A stretch of 64,000 bases of DNA, from the sequence record NC_019405.1, one strand, 5' to 3'. This document shows, one piece after another, positions 8,839 through 17,733 of this stretch. Each line of letters starts with the position of its first letter. Position 1 is the stretch's first letter. Under the pieces are notes generated by a model, which worked only from the letters and a program-made list of their open reading frames with translations, did not search any database and had not been told where the DNA came from. Both the position numbers and the translations under genes were made by a program.

Positions 8839-8867
8839 CGGTTTGTTAACCCCTGGCCCTCTAGGGT
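8835..8867 (+). promoter_or_regulatory. CtrA-box early promoter 6
   Basis: Perfect TTAA-CGGTTTG-TTAA, 11 nt, CTAGGGT. Confidence 0.8.
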
Positions 8868-8921
8868 CGAATTCCCGGCGCGGCAATCCCGCCGCCCCGG
8901 CCTTCCTTCGGAGCTTCCAAA

Positions 8922-9368
8922 ATGTTCGCTTCCGTGACCCTTCCCGCCCATGACGCCCAAGGCCTGAGCCTCGAAACCGTCCACATGGTTTTCGCCCGCG
9001 AACTGGCGCAACATTTCGACCACGTGATTTCCGCCCCCGTGGTCGAAAGCTGGCGCGACGAGGAAACCGGCGCCGACCACGCGCAAGCCGCCGTTTGCTT
9101 CACCGTCTCGGCGACCCCGGCCGCGTGGGAAGCCAAGGGCGGGCGCCTCGCGCGCCGGCTGGAAAACCTCGCCGCGCGCTATGCCGCCGACTGTGACGCC
9201 CCGGCCCTGACTGTCACCCATTGCGACGGGCAAACGGTCTATGTCGGCGCTCTGGAAGCCCTGGCGCGCCCCGCTCCGGTGCAAGGCCCGACCCGCGACG
9301 CGGACCCGGCTTTCCTCCCCCGCCAGCGTGAGGACAAGGCCGCCCGCTTCGATCGCCTGACCGCCTAG
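8922..9368 (+). CDS. Hypothetical early protein (148 aa)
   Basis: GGAG RBS after promoter. Confidence 0.8.
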   Translation: MFASVTLPAHDAQGLSLETVHMVFARELAQHFDHVISAPVVESWRDEETGADHAQAAVCFTVSATPAAWEAKGGRLARRLENLAARYAADCDAPALTVTHCDGQTVYVGALEALARPAPVQGPTRDADPAFLPRQREDKAARFDRLTA

Positions 9369-9386
9369 CCCCTGGCCTTCCCCTAG

Positions 9387-9420
9387 CGCACCGCCCCTAG
9401 AAAGGCGGTGCGCTTTTCTG
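9387..9420 (+). terminator. Rho-independent terminator
   Basis: GCGCACCGCC/GGCGGTGCGC stem plus TTTT. Confidence 0.75.
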
Positions 9421-9426
9421 TGTCTG

Positions 9427-9459
9427 TTTACTTGTTGTTAAGGAATAGCCTGCTAGTGT
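9427..9459 (+). promoter_or_regulatory. CtrA-box early promoter 7
   Basis: TTTA-CTTGTTG-TTAA followed by CTAGTGT. Confidence 0.6.
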
Positions 9460-9510
9460 CCCCTTGTCGGCGGACGCATCCCGCGCCCGCCCCTCTCTGG
9501 ATCGCTCCCC

Positions 9511-9903
9511 ATGGCCCGCCCTTCTGACCTGCTCAACGTCAACGCCGCCCGCGTCCTGGCTTGCCTTGAGCCTATCGCCGCCGCCGCTAAGACCGCCCCG
9601 GCCGCCGACCGCGCCGCCCTTTCCTACCTGCTCGACGCTGGCGAGTATGTCGCCGCGTGGCGCCGCAACCTCACGGAAACCGACCGCCGCAAGGCCTATG
9701 GCGCGGCCTGCGCCGCCGAAGCCCTGGCGCTCGCCAACGCCTATCAGCCCGCCACCCTGCAAGGCGGCGCCGTCCGCCGCGCTCTGGGCGCCTATGCCGC
9801 CGCCCTAAAGGTCCTGCTAGACGGGGAGCCGGTTAAGGCGGTCCGCGCCGCCGAAGGCGCGGCGCTTTCGGTCCGCGCTCGCTACGCCAACACCCGCCTT
9901 TAA
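9511..9903 (+). CDS. Hypothetical early protein (130 aa)
   Basis: GGA RBS; Ala-rich helical. Confidence 0.8.
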   Translation: MARPSDLLNVNAARVLACLEPIAAAAKTAPAADRAALSYLLDAGEYVAAWRRNLTETDRRKAYGAACAAEALALANAYQPATLQGGAVRRALGAYAAALKVLLDGEPVKAVRAAEGAALSVRARYANTRL

Positions 9904-9931
9904 CCTCTTGTTAACACCCCCCGGCTATGGT
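9900..9931 (+). promoter_or_regulatory. CtrA-box early promoter 8
   Basis: Perfect TTAA-CCTCTTG-TTAA followed by CTATGGT. Confidence 0.75.
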
Positions 9932-9957
9932 CGGGGGGTCGCAAGGAGACACCCGAC

Positions 9958-10152
9958 ATGACCCGTTCCGGCCCCGCCTCGCTCCTGACCCCGCAAGCCC
10001 GCTTCTCGTCGCCGCGCGTCCTGATCCTTCCGGGCGCGGCTCCCATGCCGATTCGCCAGCCGCGCGGCCTTTGCGCCGTCGAGTGCGTCGCCCTTGGCGT
10101 GACGCTGGGCGCGGCGCTCTACCTCGCCGCCCGCGTGTTCGGTCTGGTCTGA
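9958..10152 (+). CDS. Small protein with C-terminal TM helix (64 aa)
   Basis: AAGGAG RBS. Confidence 0.7.
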   Translation: MTRSGPASLLTPQARFSSPRVLILPGAAPMPIRQPRGLCAVECVALGVTLGAALYLAARVFGLV

Positions 10153-10597
10153 CCAGACCCCCGCCCCGGCCCTACCGGTAAGGCCGGGGGTGTGTCCCAT
10201 AATGAGACACCCCCCGCCACCTAGTATCTTTTTTGATTCGGAGGGACCCAAAGGCCCCCTACGTTAACCATTTTTGGCGGCGCCCCCCGGCGCCTACGGA
10301 TCATTTTGAAAAATCGCGTTGACAAAACCAGCAATCAACGTCAAGGATCGTGACGTCGAGCAGCCCCGCCCGACACGGGCGGCCCGCCCCCCATTCGCCG
10401 CCCGACGGCCCCATCCCTGACGTCCACCGGGGGTGGGGCCTTTTCATTTTCCAGCCGGGGACCCAAGGCCCCCTGGCTTTGTAAATCGGATCGCCAAAAG
10501 GTCCCTCCAAAAATTTTCAAAACCAGAAACGACCGGTTGACACTTCCAGACTTGGCTTCTAAGTGTTGCTCGACGACACGCAATCGAGGAGCCCGTC

Positions 10598-11344
10598 ATG
10601 ACCGACGACATCGCCGCCGCCACCCCGCTGACCAAGTTCACGCCCTACGACTGGCGCGGCTATATCGAGTTCCCCGCCACGCTCGATCTGGCCAAGCTGG
10701 TCCAGGCCGTCTACGCCCGCTCGGTCCCCAGGGGCCTGGGCTTCCTCCACTTCGCCCCCGGCGATCTGGACGAGGGCCGCGTCACCACCGCCATCTATGA
10801 CGCCCAGGAGCGCTTCACCGAGGCCGAAGCCCAGTCGGCGCTCGACTTCAACGGCGAGCCCCGCGACAGCCGTCACCGCTTCTTCGATTTCGACTATGTC
10901 GACGGCCGGGCGGTGAAGTTCAACCTCTACCGCGATCTCAACGACCGCCGCTTCTACTGCCAACTCGACTGGTATGACCATTCCGAGTACGACGTCTTCG
11001 ATCTGGTCGCCTCCCTGCGCGACCTGTCCGACGACGCCACCAAGGCCTATCTCGACGCGGTCGCCGCCGCCAAGGCCCAGAAAAAGGCCGACGAGTTCGC
11101 CGCGACCGAAGCGCGCGCCCTCCTCCTGGTCCGCGCCCTGAAAAACGTCATGGGCGGCTCGGAGACCATCCCCCGCGAGGAGTTCTATCGCCGCTATGGC
11201 GGCAAGCCGAGCGTCATGTACGCCGCCGACGCCCAGGATCGCCCCTATTTCGACTACGCGTTCAACCGCGACCACACCATCGTCACCGTCCGGCCGGACG
11301 AGGGCGGCGAGGCCCTCTACGCCCGCGACGCCGTCCCGGCCTGA
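10598..11344 (+). CDS. Hypothetical protein (248 aa)
   Basis: GAGGAG RBS; TTGACA promoter at ~10548. Confidence 0.85.
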   Translation: MTDDIAAATPLTKFTPYDWRGYIEFPATLDLAKLVQAVYARSVPRGLGFLHFAPGDLDEGRVTTAIYDAQERFTEAEAQSALDFNGEPRDSRHRFFDFDYVDGRAVKFNLYRDLNDRRFYCQLDWYDHSEYDVFDLVASLRDLSDDATKAYLDAVAAAKAQKKADEFAATEARALLLVRALKNVMGGSETIPREEFYRRYGGKPSVMYAADAQDRPYFDYAFNRDHTIVTVRPDEGGEALYARDAVPA

Positions 11345-11348
11345 TCCC

Positions 11349-11576
11349 ATGAGCGACGAACGCGGCCCCGGCCACACCAAGTTCTACGCCTCCGAGGACG
11401 GCAAGCACGTCATGCGCTGCCTGAACAACGACCCGGCCTGGGTCAGTCCGGTCGTCCATGACGAGGCCCCACTGCCGGCCTGGAAGATCGCCTCGATGTT
11501 GCAGGACGCCTATAATCTCGGCAAGCGCGAGCAGCAGGAGATCATCCGCCGCGCCCTTGGAGTTCCCGGACGATGA
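11349..11576 (+). CDS. Hypothetical protein (75 aa)
   Basis: In operon, typical codon use. Confidence 0.7.
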   Translation: MSDERGPGHTKFYASEDGKHVMRCLNNDPAWVSPVVHDEAPLPAWKIASMLQDAYNLGKREQQEIIRRALGVPGR

Positions 11577-12247
11577 CCGAACTGTCCCTTGGCGAGCGCT
11601 ATGCGCGCGAGGCCCTGGCGCTCGCCCTGTTTGGCCAGCGCCGCACGTCCTCGTCGATCGGCGGCGCCTCGACCGCGCTCTGGCACGAGATCGCGCCCCA
11701 GCAGCGCGGAAGCTGGCGCGAGCAGGCCGATCGCCTCGTCGCCGAGCAGGCGGGGGACCCCACGGCCGTCACCAAGGACCAGAAGCGCAAGCTGGAGCGC
11801 TGGGAAGGCGAACTGCTCGCCCTGGCCAGCGGCCTGGACCCGGACGGCTATCACGACGCCAAGGACCACCGCGCCGATCGCGACATCGCCTCCTATTACC
11901 AGGAGATGCAGCCCTACGACTACAAGCTCTCCAACGAGGTGCTGCTGAACGCCCACTCGCACGCCGACGCCCTGGGCCTGGACCTCCCGGCCTTTCCGAC
12001 CGACTACTTCTCGCCCCAAGCGGTCGAGTCGGTCAGCCGGCGCGTCCTGACCGACTGGGAGGCCTGCGTCATGGCCGTGTCGCAGAAAGACATCCCGCGC
12101 CGCTACGAGAACTACAAGTTCTCCGTCCCCTTCGCCTTCCGCTTCACCGAAGAGACCCTGGCCCTCTTCAACGCCGTCATTCCCCTGGGAACCGACCGCG
12201 ACGTCCCCAACCGCACGCCGGCCGACAACAAGAGGTACCCCGCCTGA
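11573..12247 (+). CDS. Hypothetical protein (224 aa)
   Basis: ATGA overlap. Confidence 0.8.
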   Translation: MTELSLGERYAREALALALFGQRRTSSSIGGASTALWHEIAPQQRGSWREQADRLVAEQAGDPTAVTKDQKRKLERWEGELLALASGLDPDGYHDAKDHRADRDIASYYQEMQPYDYKLSNEVLLNAHSHADALGLDLPAFPTDYFSPQAVESVSRRVLTDWEACVMAVSQKDIPRRYENYKFSVPFAFRFTEETLALFNAVIPLGTDRDVPNRTPADNKRYPA

Positions 12248-12519
12248 TGCGCCGTCTCGCCATCCTGACCCTCGCCGCGATCACCCTGACTGCCTGCGCC
12301 GAGCAGACCAAGGTGGACGATCAGGTCTACGCCACGCTGGAGAACGGCTGCGTCGTCCACAAGATCGTCCGCCAGGAGAAGGGCAGCATGTTCGTCGAGG
12401 AGGTCTTCACCACCGTCTGCCCGAACGGGGCGACCCGGACGGAGTGGGAGACGACCAAGATGGTTGGCAAGACGGTGACCGTCGAAAAGCACGCCACCGA
12501 AACCCCGGCGGTGCGCTGA
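12247..12519 (+). CDS. Putative lipoprotein (90 aa)
   Basis: Signal peptide MRRLAILTLAAITLTAC with lipobox LTAC. Confidence 0.75.
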   Translation: MRRLAILTLAAITLTACAEQTKVDDQVYATLENGCVVHKIVRQEKGSMFVEEVFTTVCPNGATRTEWETTKMVGKTVTVEKHATETPAVR

Positions 12520-12629
12520 TGGAGGCGTGCTTGCAGAACACGCACGACTGGGTCGTCGCCCTGTTCGCGGGGATCATCGCGGGCGCGGCGCTGATCAAGC
12601 TCGTCGAACGCTTGTTTGGAAAATACTGA
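12519..12629 (+). CDS. Small membrane peptide (36 aa)
   Basis: TGATG coupling on both sides; TM helix. Confidence 0.55.
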   Translation: MEACLQNTHDWVVALFAGIIAGAALIKLVERLFGKY

Positions 12630-13165
12630 TGACCGCCGCCCTGACCCTCGCCCGCCGCTTCACCCCTACCGACCTCTCCGGGGCGATGAAGATGGTCGCC
12701 CCTTACGGCATCCTGGCCGATCCGCGCGCCGCCAGCCTCGCCGGAACCATGGGGATGGCCTCGGGCGACGCCCGGCACGAAGACACAATCCTGGGCCTCA
12801 AGGTCCTGCTGTTCAAGAACGTCCCAGTCTGGACCGAGGCGGCGCTGACCCTGGCGCCCGAGCCGCCGCTGGGCGAGGTCCTGCGCTTTCTGATCCTCGG
12901 CCGCGCGGCCCACACCAAATTCATCGCCCGCCGGGCCGAGGCCTGGGGCTGGCGCGAGCAGTACGACCCGATGTTCGCCACGCCCGAGAACTACTGCGCC
13001 CTGCGCGACCAGTTCCAGGCCGACTTCCCCGAGCGCCACTTTGGCGGGACCCACGGACTGAACAAGCAGGGCCTCGCCGATCTCCTGGCCCGCGACGACG
13101 TCTTGGATGTCCAGTTCCACGTCCCCGCCGCCCCGGCCGACGCCATCGAAGACTTCAACCCGTAG
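12629..13165 (+). CDS. Hypothetical protein (178 aa)
   Basis: TGATG overlap. Confidence 0.8.
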   Translation: MTAALTLARRFTPTDLSGAMKMVAPYGILADPRAASLAGTMGMASGDARHEDTILGLKVLLFKNVPVWTEAALTLAPEPPLGEVLRFLILGRAAHTKFIARRAEAWGWREQYDPMFATPENYCALRDQFQADFPERHFGGTHGLNKQGLADLLARDDVLDVQFHVPAAPADAIEDFNP

Positions 13166-13172
13166 GCGTAAC

Positions 13173-13544
13173 ATGAGCGTCAACTACTATATCGAGCGCG
13201 CCGTCCGGGCGCCGGAGAAAGGCTTCGTCCAGGTCCGCCACATCGGGCAGTGGGCCAACGGTCGTTTCCTCTTCCAGGGCGAGACCTTCCGGACGACGCG
13301 GGCGTGGCGCGATTATCTCCGGACCCTGACGGACGACGAGCGCATCGCCAGCGAGAACGGCGTCGTCATGACCCCGAACGAGTTCTGGACCATGGTCGGC
13401 CAGACCCTGGCCAACGACACCACGCTCGACTACGCTCTGAACGTCGCCCAGGGCTTCGAGCAGTATAGCCTCGCGCGCGGCTTCCTGGAGGGACGCTACT
13501 GGATGGACGGCCCCTTCGCCTTCACCAGCAACGAGTTCCATTGA
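13173..13544 (+). CDS. Hypothetical protein (123 aa)
   Basis: In operon. Confidence 0.75.
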   Translation: MSVNYYIERAVRAPEKGFVQVRHIGQWANGRFLFQGETFRTTRAWRDYLRTLTDDERIASENGVVMTPNEFWTMVGQTLANDTTLDYALNVAQGFEQYSLARGFLEGRYWMDGPFAFTSNEFH

Positions 13545-13969
13545 TGCCCGGATTTTTCGCCCGCCTGCTTTACCGGATCGCCGGCGTCGCCCCGATTAAC
13601 ACGCCCAAGACCGCCGCCCTGGTCGCGGCGGTCTGGTGGACGACCCGGATGAACATCGACGCCGCAGTCGACCCTGGCACGAGCGATGCGGAAAAGCTCC
13701 AACTGGCCGACGCCTTCCAGGACGAGCTTTGCCGGCTGATCGACGGGCGCCTGGGGCGGATCGGCAAGCGTTCCGAGGGGCTGGCGATCGACTTTGACTA
13801 CACGCCCGACCCGTTGCTGGCCGAGGCCCTGCGCAAGGCCGGCGTCTCGCGCAGCGTCTGGAGCGATCTGTGGCTCAACAAGACCCGCATGGTCGTCCAG
13901 TCCCACCAGATCAGCGTCAAGCCCGGACTGGCGGGCCAGCGCTACACCATCCCCATCGGAGAGGCCTGA
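13544..13969 (+). CDS. Hypothetical protein (141 aa)
   Basis: TGATG overlap. Confidence 0.75.
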   Translation: MPGFFARLLYRIAGVAPINTPKTAALVAAVWWTTRMNIDAAVDPGTSDAEKLQLADAFQDELCRLIDGRLGRIGKRSEGLAIDFDYTPDPLLAEALRKAGVSRSVWSDLWLNKTRMVVQSHQISVKPGLAGQRYTIPIGEA

Positions 13970-14271
13970 TGCCCTACTACCGCAAGAAGCCCGTCGTGAT
14001 CGAGGCGATCACCTTCGACGACCTCGTCGCCCACGGGATCGCCGAGTACAAGGCCGGGCGGGGGAACTACGTCAACGGCATGCCCTGGTCGTTCGACTAC
14101 AAGGGCCAGCGGATCACCCACGAGGACGACGACACCTATCTGATCCCGACTCTGGAGGGGACCATGACCTTCAGCCGAGGCGCGATGCTGATCACCGGGG
14201 TCCAGGGCGAAGTCTACCCGTGCGCGATGGACATCTTCGAAGCAACCTACGAGCGCGTGGAGGCCCCGTGA
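13969..14271 (+). CDS. Conserved phage protein, YRKKPVVIEA / TLEG / GEVYPC family (100 aa)
   Basis: Recognisable widespread phage motif; function unknown. Confidence 0.85.
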   Translation: MPYYRKKPVVIEAITFDDLVAHGIAEYKAGRGNYVNGMPWSFDYKGQRITHEDDDTYLIPTLEGTMTFSRGAMLITGVQGEVYPCAMDIFEATYERVEAP

Positions 14272-14537
14272 GCAAGTCCCAGCCCAGCAAGGCCGAACTG
14301 ATGGCGGTCGGCGAGCGCAAGCACGAGACCTGCCGCTACGGCCGCCTGACCGAGATGTGGACCACCAACCTCGTCACCAACAAGGAGACGGCGGGCGTGG
14401 CGCCGCTCTGCACCTTCGATCCGCCCGGCGATCTCCCGCCGGCCCTCAAGCGGGTCTGGGGCGGCATCATCGACCTGGATCGCGACTGCGCCGTCTGTCT
14501 CGCCCACCGCGAGGTCCCGCTGGAGCCGCTGCCGTGA
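14268..14537 (+). CDS. Hypothetical protein (89 aa)
   Basis: GTGA overlap. Confidence 0.65.
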   Translation: MSKSQPSKAELMAVGERKHETCRYGRLTEMWTTNLVTNKETAGVAPLCTFDPPGDLPPALKRVWGGIIDLDRDCAVCLAHREVPLEPLP

Positions 14538-14827
14538 AATCCTGGGACCACCGCGTCTTCTGCCCTTGCGGCCACAATGACGAGCACTATGGCGGCGATC
14601 CGGCCCTGGCCGGGTTCTGGTACAAGAACGACGTCTGCCCCCGCTGCGCCACGCGCGGCGACCGCTGGCGCGTCTTCACCGTCCGCTGGGTCTCGAAGGC
14701 CAAGCTCTGGGCGCCGTGGACCTGGGGCCGGGGCTATTGGGAGGTCGACACCGGCGAGGGCCGCAAGCCCCTGACCGAGGTCTGGCCGGTGCTCGCCGGC
14801 AAGGAGGCGATCCATGCCGAAATCTGA
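14534..14827 (+). CDS. Zn-ribbon-like protein (97 aa)
   Basis: CPCG...CPRC. Confidence 0.7.
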   Translation: MKSWDHRVFCPCGHNDEHYGGDPALAGFWYKNDVCPRCATRGDRWRVFTVRWVSKAKLWAPWTWGRGYWEVDTGEGRKPLTEVWPVLAGKEAIHAEI

Positions 14828-15215
14828 GGTCGACGCCGTCCTTGACGCGGCCTTCCCGCCGCTGGTCAAGGTCTGGACCTACGACAAGGCCCCGCGCTAC
14901 CGCGCCAAGCGAGTCCTGCGCATGGAGCACCACGCCGCCCCGAGGACCGTCTGGGTCGTCGGCCGGCGCCTGCCGCTCCCCTGGCTCAACCTCTACTGGC
15001 CGCTGCGCTACTGGTATGTCGAGCCGGGCGAGAAGCCCGTCAAGCTCGCCGCCCAGTTCAGCACCCCCGAGGCCGCCGCCCAGTTCATCGCCACCCAGCC
15101 GGACTTCTTCCCTCACCGCCCGGCCGTGCGCCTGGATGATGTCCACTACTTCACCCAGCGGGGCGATCCGGCCATCCTTGGAACCCTCAAGCCCCGCAAG
15201 GAGCGTGTCTTTTGA
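14814..15215 (+). CDS. Hypothetical protein (133 aa)
   Basis: AAGGAGG RBS. Confidence 0.75.
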   Translation: MPKSEVDAVLDAAFPPLVKVWTYDKAPRYRAKRVLRMEHHAAPRTVWVVGRRLPLPWLNLYWPLRYWYVEPGEKPVKLAAQFSTPEAAAQFIATQPDFFPHRPAVRLDDVHYFTQRGDPAILGTLKPRKERVF

Positions 15216-15877
15216 GCATCCGGATCGGCGAGCGCCACCTCGAATACACCACCGACAAGGTCTACTGGCTCCCGCGCGGCTATTCCAAGCGGAGCGGCCG
15301 GTATGTCTACCCGCACCAAGGCTGGTCGTGGACCGAGTGGCGCTCGGAGGTCACCGACACCTACGAGACCCTGGAGCGCGCCCAGCAGGCGATCTCCGGC
15401 GGCTATCTCAAGGACATGATCAAATCCCAGGAGATCGTCGACATCGTCATCCTCCAGGTCCGCACGGTCCGGGAGATCGTCGAGGACCGCACCATCGTGG
15501 CCCATGACCTCGCCGGCAAGCCGCTCGACCGGGCCGAGCCGTCGGTGAGCGCCCAGGGTCATGTCCTGGAGCCGGGCGCCTATGTCTTCCTCAACTATGA
15601 CGGCGACGCGGACCCGACCACCTATGCGGTCTATGGCAAGGTCCTGGCCATCCACGAGGACCGCGTCAGCCTGTGGGTGGTCAACGGGGCCTGGACCATG
15701 GTCCTGACCGCCGCCGACGGGACCTTGCGGGTCGCGCCCGAGAGCCACGGCCCCGCCGGGCGCGAGGTCTTCATCCTCTATGCCGGCGAGCCGCCCAACC
15801 CCTTGACCGGGTCGGACTTCTACACCGCCCAGTTCAACGCCTATCTCAAGTTGCGCGGCCTGGAAGACGCCGCCTGA
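15212..15877 (+). CDS. Hypothetical protein (221 aa)
   Basis: AAGGAG RBS, TTG start, overlap. Confidence 0.75.
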   Translation: MSIRIGERHLEYTTDKVYWLPRGYSKRSGRYVYPHQGWSWTEWRSEVTDTYETLERAQQAISGGYLKDMIKSQEIVDIVILQVRTVREIVEDRTIVAHDLAGKPLDRAEPSVSAQGHVLEPGAYVFLNYDGDADPTTYAVYGKVLAIHEDRVSLWVVNGAWTMVLTAADGTLRVAPESHGPAGREVFILYAGEPPNPLTGSDFYTAQFNAYLKLRGLEDAA

Positions 15878-15885
15878 AGGACATC

Positions 15886-16497
15886 ATGACCGACTCGCCT
15901 CTTCACCCGACCGACCGCGCGATCCTCGACCTCCTCCAGGAGGAGGCCGCCGAGACCCTGCTGGAATTCGCCCCGGTGATCGCCCGGCTGGTCAAGATCG
16001 CCTCCAAGGTCAAGCGCTTCGGCAACGGGACCAACCCGTTCGATCCGGGCGCCAAGCCCAACTTCGAACTCCTCGAAGACGAGATCGGCGACCTGGAGGC
16101 CCTGGTCGACCTCCTGACCGAGCGCGGTCTGATCTCGCGCGAGCGGATCGCCGCCCGCAAGGTCTGGAAGCGTGGCATGCTCAAGACCCACGGGACGCTG
16201 CCCGAGGACGCCTTCTCGGCCGAGAACCTCCCGCCGCCCACCGTGCAGGGCCTTGACCTGGACCCGTCCAACCCCATTGTCGCTCTGGCGGCGCACGTCC
16301 GCAACGGCGGCTACACCGCCCTCTTTGGCGGTCACGCCCCGTCGGCCGAGCCGCCCGATCCGGGCAAGCCGCTCTACATCCGCTACATCGACAGCCAGTC
16401 GATCCATTCCAACCGCTTCCTGGCCTGGGAAGAACTGAGCCGCACCGACCGCCAGCGGTGGAACGACGCGGCCAAGGCCGGCAAGATCGCCCCGTAA
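15886..16497 (+). CDS. MazG-like NTP pyrophosphohydrolase-fold protein (203 aa)
   Basis: LQEE..E...KVKRFG...N.ELLEDEIGDL pattern. Confidence 0.65.
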   Translation: MTDSPLHPTDRAILDLLQEEAAETLLEFAPVIARLVKIASKVKRFGNGTNPFDPGAKPNFELLEDEIGDLEALVDLLTERGLISRERIAARKVWKRGMLKTHGTLPEDAFSAENLPPPTVQGLDLDPSNPIVALAAHVRNGGYTALFGGHAPSAEPPDPGKPLYIRYIDSQSIHSNRFLAWEELSRTDRQRWNDAAKAGKIAP

Positions 16498-16507
16498 CGA
16501 GGACCCC

Positions 16508-17077
16508 ATGACCCAGCTTCTCCCCGACACCCTCTATGTGACGTCCCAGGACCTGCCCGAGGGTCCCGTCTACAGCGCCACGACCCAAGAAGGCCTGTCC
16601 GGCGCCGTGCGCTACACGCGGTTCGATCACGACCAGCATATCAAGGCCGCTCAAATGCTTCTGGCCGGCGCCACGATCCACGAGGCCCACGGGCAGTACG
16701 GCATCGCCGCCGGTCTGAAGGCGGCCGTGACCGAGGCCGGCGTCAACATCGTCGGCGAGGCCACCGACATCCTCAAGGCCCAGGAACTGACGATCGCCCA
16801 GATGCGTCGCCAGCGCAACGACCTCCTGGTCGCCAACAACCACTATCTGGCCGACGCCCGCGCCGCGCGGGCAGGCGAGCCGTCCCCGCCGGTGACCCCG
16901 GAGGTCGCCGACGCCATCCGGGCGATCGGGATCGACGCCCTTCAGCGCAAGGCCAAGGACTACCTGGAGGACTACGAGTACCGGGGCGAGTTCGGGACCT
17001 TCCAGCCCGGTCCGCAGGAACGGATCGTGCTCGACGATCTCCTGCAAGGCTTCCTGGCCCTGATCACCGAGGCCTGA
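16508..17077 (+). CDS. Hypothetical protein (189 aa)
   Basis: GAGGA RBS. Confidence 0.8.
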   Translation: MTQLLPDTLYVTSQDLPEGPVYSATTQEGLSGAVRYTRFDHDQHIKAAQMLLAGATIHEAHGQYGIAAGLKAAVTEAGVNIVGEATDILKAQELTIAQMRRQRNDLLVANNHYLADARAARAGEPSPPVTPEVADAIRAIGIDALQRKAKDYLEDYEYRGEFGTFQPGPQERIVLDDLLQGFLALITEA

Positions 17078-17078
17078 C

Positions 17079-17306
17079 ATGGACGAAGCGGCCATCCGAG
17101 AGGAGTTCGAGCGCCGGATGTTGACGCTGATGCGCAACGCCCCGCCCGGCTATGTCCAAGCCGCGCTGGAGCGCCGGCCGGATGGACGCTACGTCCAGAT
17201 GACCATCCAGCGCAACTACCGCCACTTCCGGATCGGCTTCGAGATGGGCTACATCGCCCGCGCCAAGGACGACGCCCTGAAGGGCATGAAGAAGGCGAAG
17301 TCATGA
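17079..17306 (+). CDS. Hypothetical protein (75 aa)
   Basis: GAGG RBS. Confidence 0.7.
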   Translation: MDEAAIREEFERRMLTLMRNAPPGYVQAALERRPDGRYVQMTIQRNYRHFRIGFEMGYIARAKDDALKGMKKAKS

Positions 17307-17518
17307 CTCCCTACGCCTACTATCTTCCGGCTTTGCGCCGGATTCGGCACGCGCTGCACGATATCCGTGATCGCGGCATCCGGTCCTGGGCCGCGATCCA
17401 GTACAAATTCCTGGAGAACCGGCTGCGCGATCAATGCCCGACGGAGGCTGACATCGCCAATCTCGAACTGCACATGACCGATGAGGATCGTGCGCGCGGA
17501 CAACTGGCGGCGGCATGA
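17303..17518 (+). CDS. Hypothetical protein (71 aa)
   Basis: ATGA overlap. Confidence 0.6.
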   Translation: MTPYAYYLPALRRIRHALHDIRDRGIRSWAAIQYKFLENRLRDQCPTEADIANLELHMTDEDRARGQLAAA

Positions 17519-17733
17519 TCCCCTACGATCTGCGCCAGCAGCATGACGAGTGGGGCAACGCCGAGCACCTCCTGTCGCCGCTCGACGCGGGCAAGCTGCG
17601 CGACAACGACTGGCGCCGCGTCTCGGGCGATTGCGTCTGCGCGGTCTGTGGCAAGCTCTACTACGACCACCCGCCCGTCCTGGGCGCGCTCTGGCTCAAC
17701 CGCATCTGCGATGGGAACTTGGTGAAGCTCTGA
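17515..17733 (+). CDS. Hypothetical protein with CxC..C Cys cluster (72 aa)
   Basis: ATGA overlap. Confidence 0.7.
   Translation: MIPYDLRQQHDEWGNAEHLLSPLDAGKLRDNDWRRVSGDCVCAVCGKLYYDHPPVLGALWLNRICDGNLVKL

Larger units (their letters stand above)
800..10550. other. Probable long terminal repeat / early region (ends approximate)
   Basis: Lies between terL and the middle genes as in phiCbK-like phages (~10 kb terminal repeats); distinct promoters and codon use; GGGACC motifs at both flanks. Ends cannot be fixed from an assembled sequence. Confidence 0.55.

Noticed and set aside
800-10550. GANTC depletion in first-injected DNA
   Set aside because: Many GACTC/GAGTC/GATTC/GAATC sites are present in the early region.
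13969-14271. Assignment as a known anti-defence sponge (Tad2/Acb2)
   Set aside because: The motifs do not match those families as I recall them; left as a conserved hypothetical.
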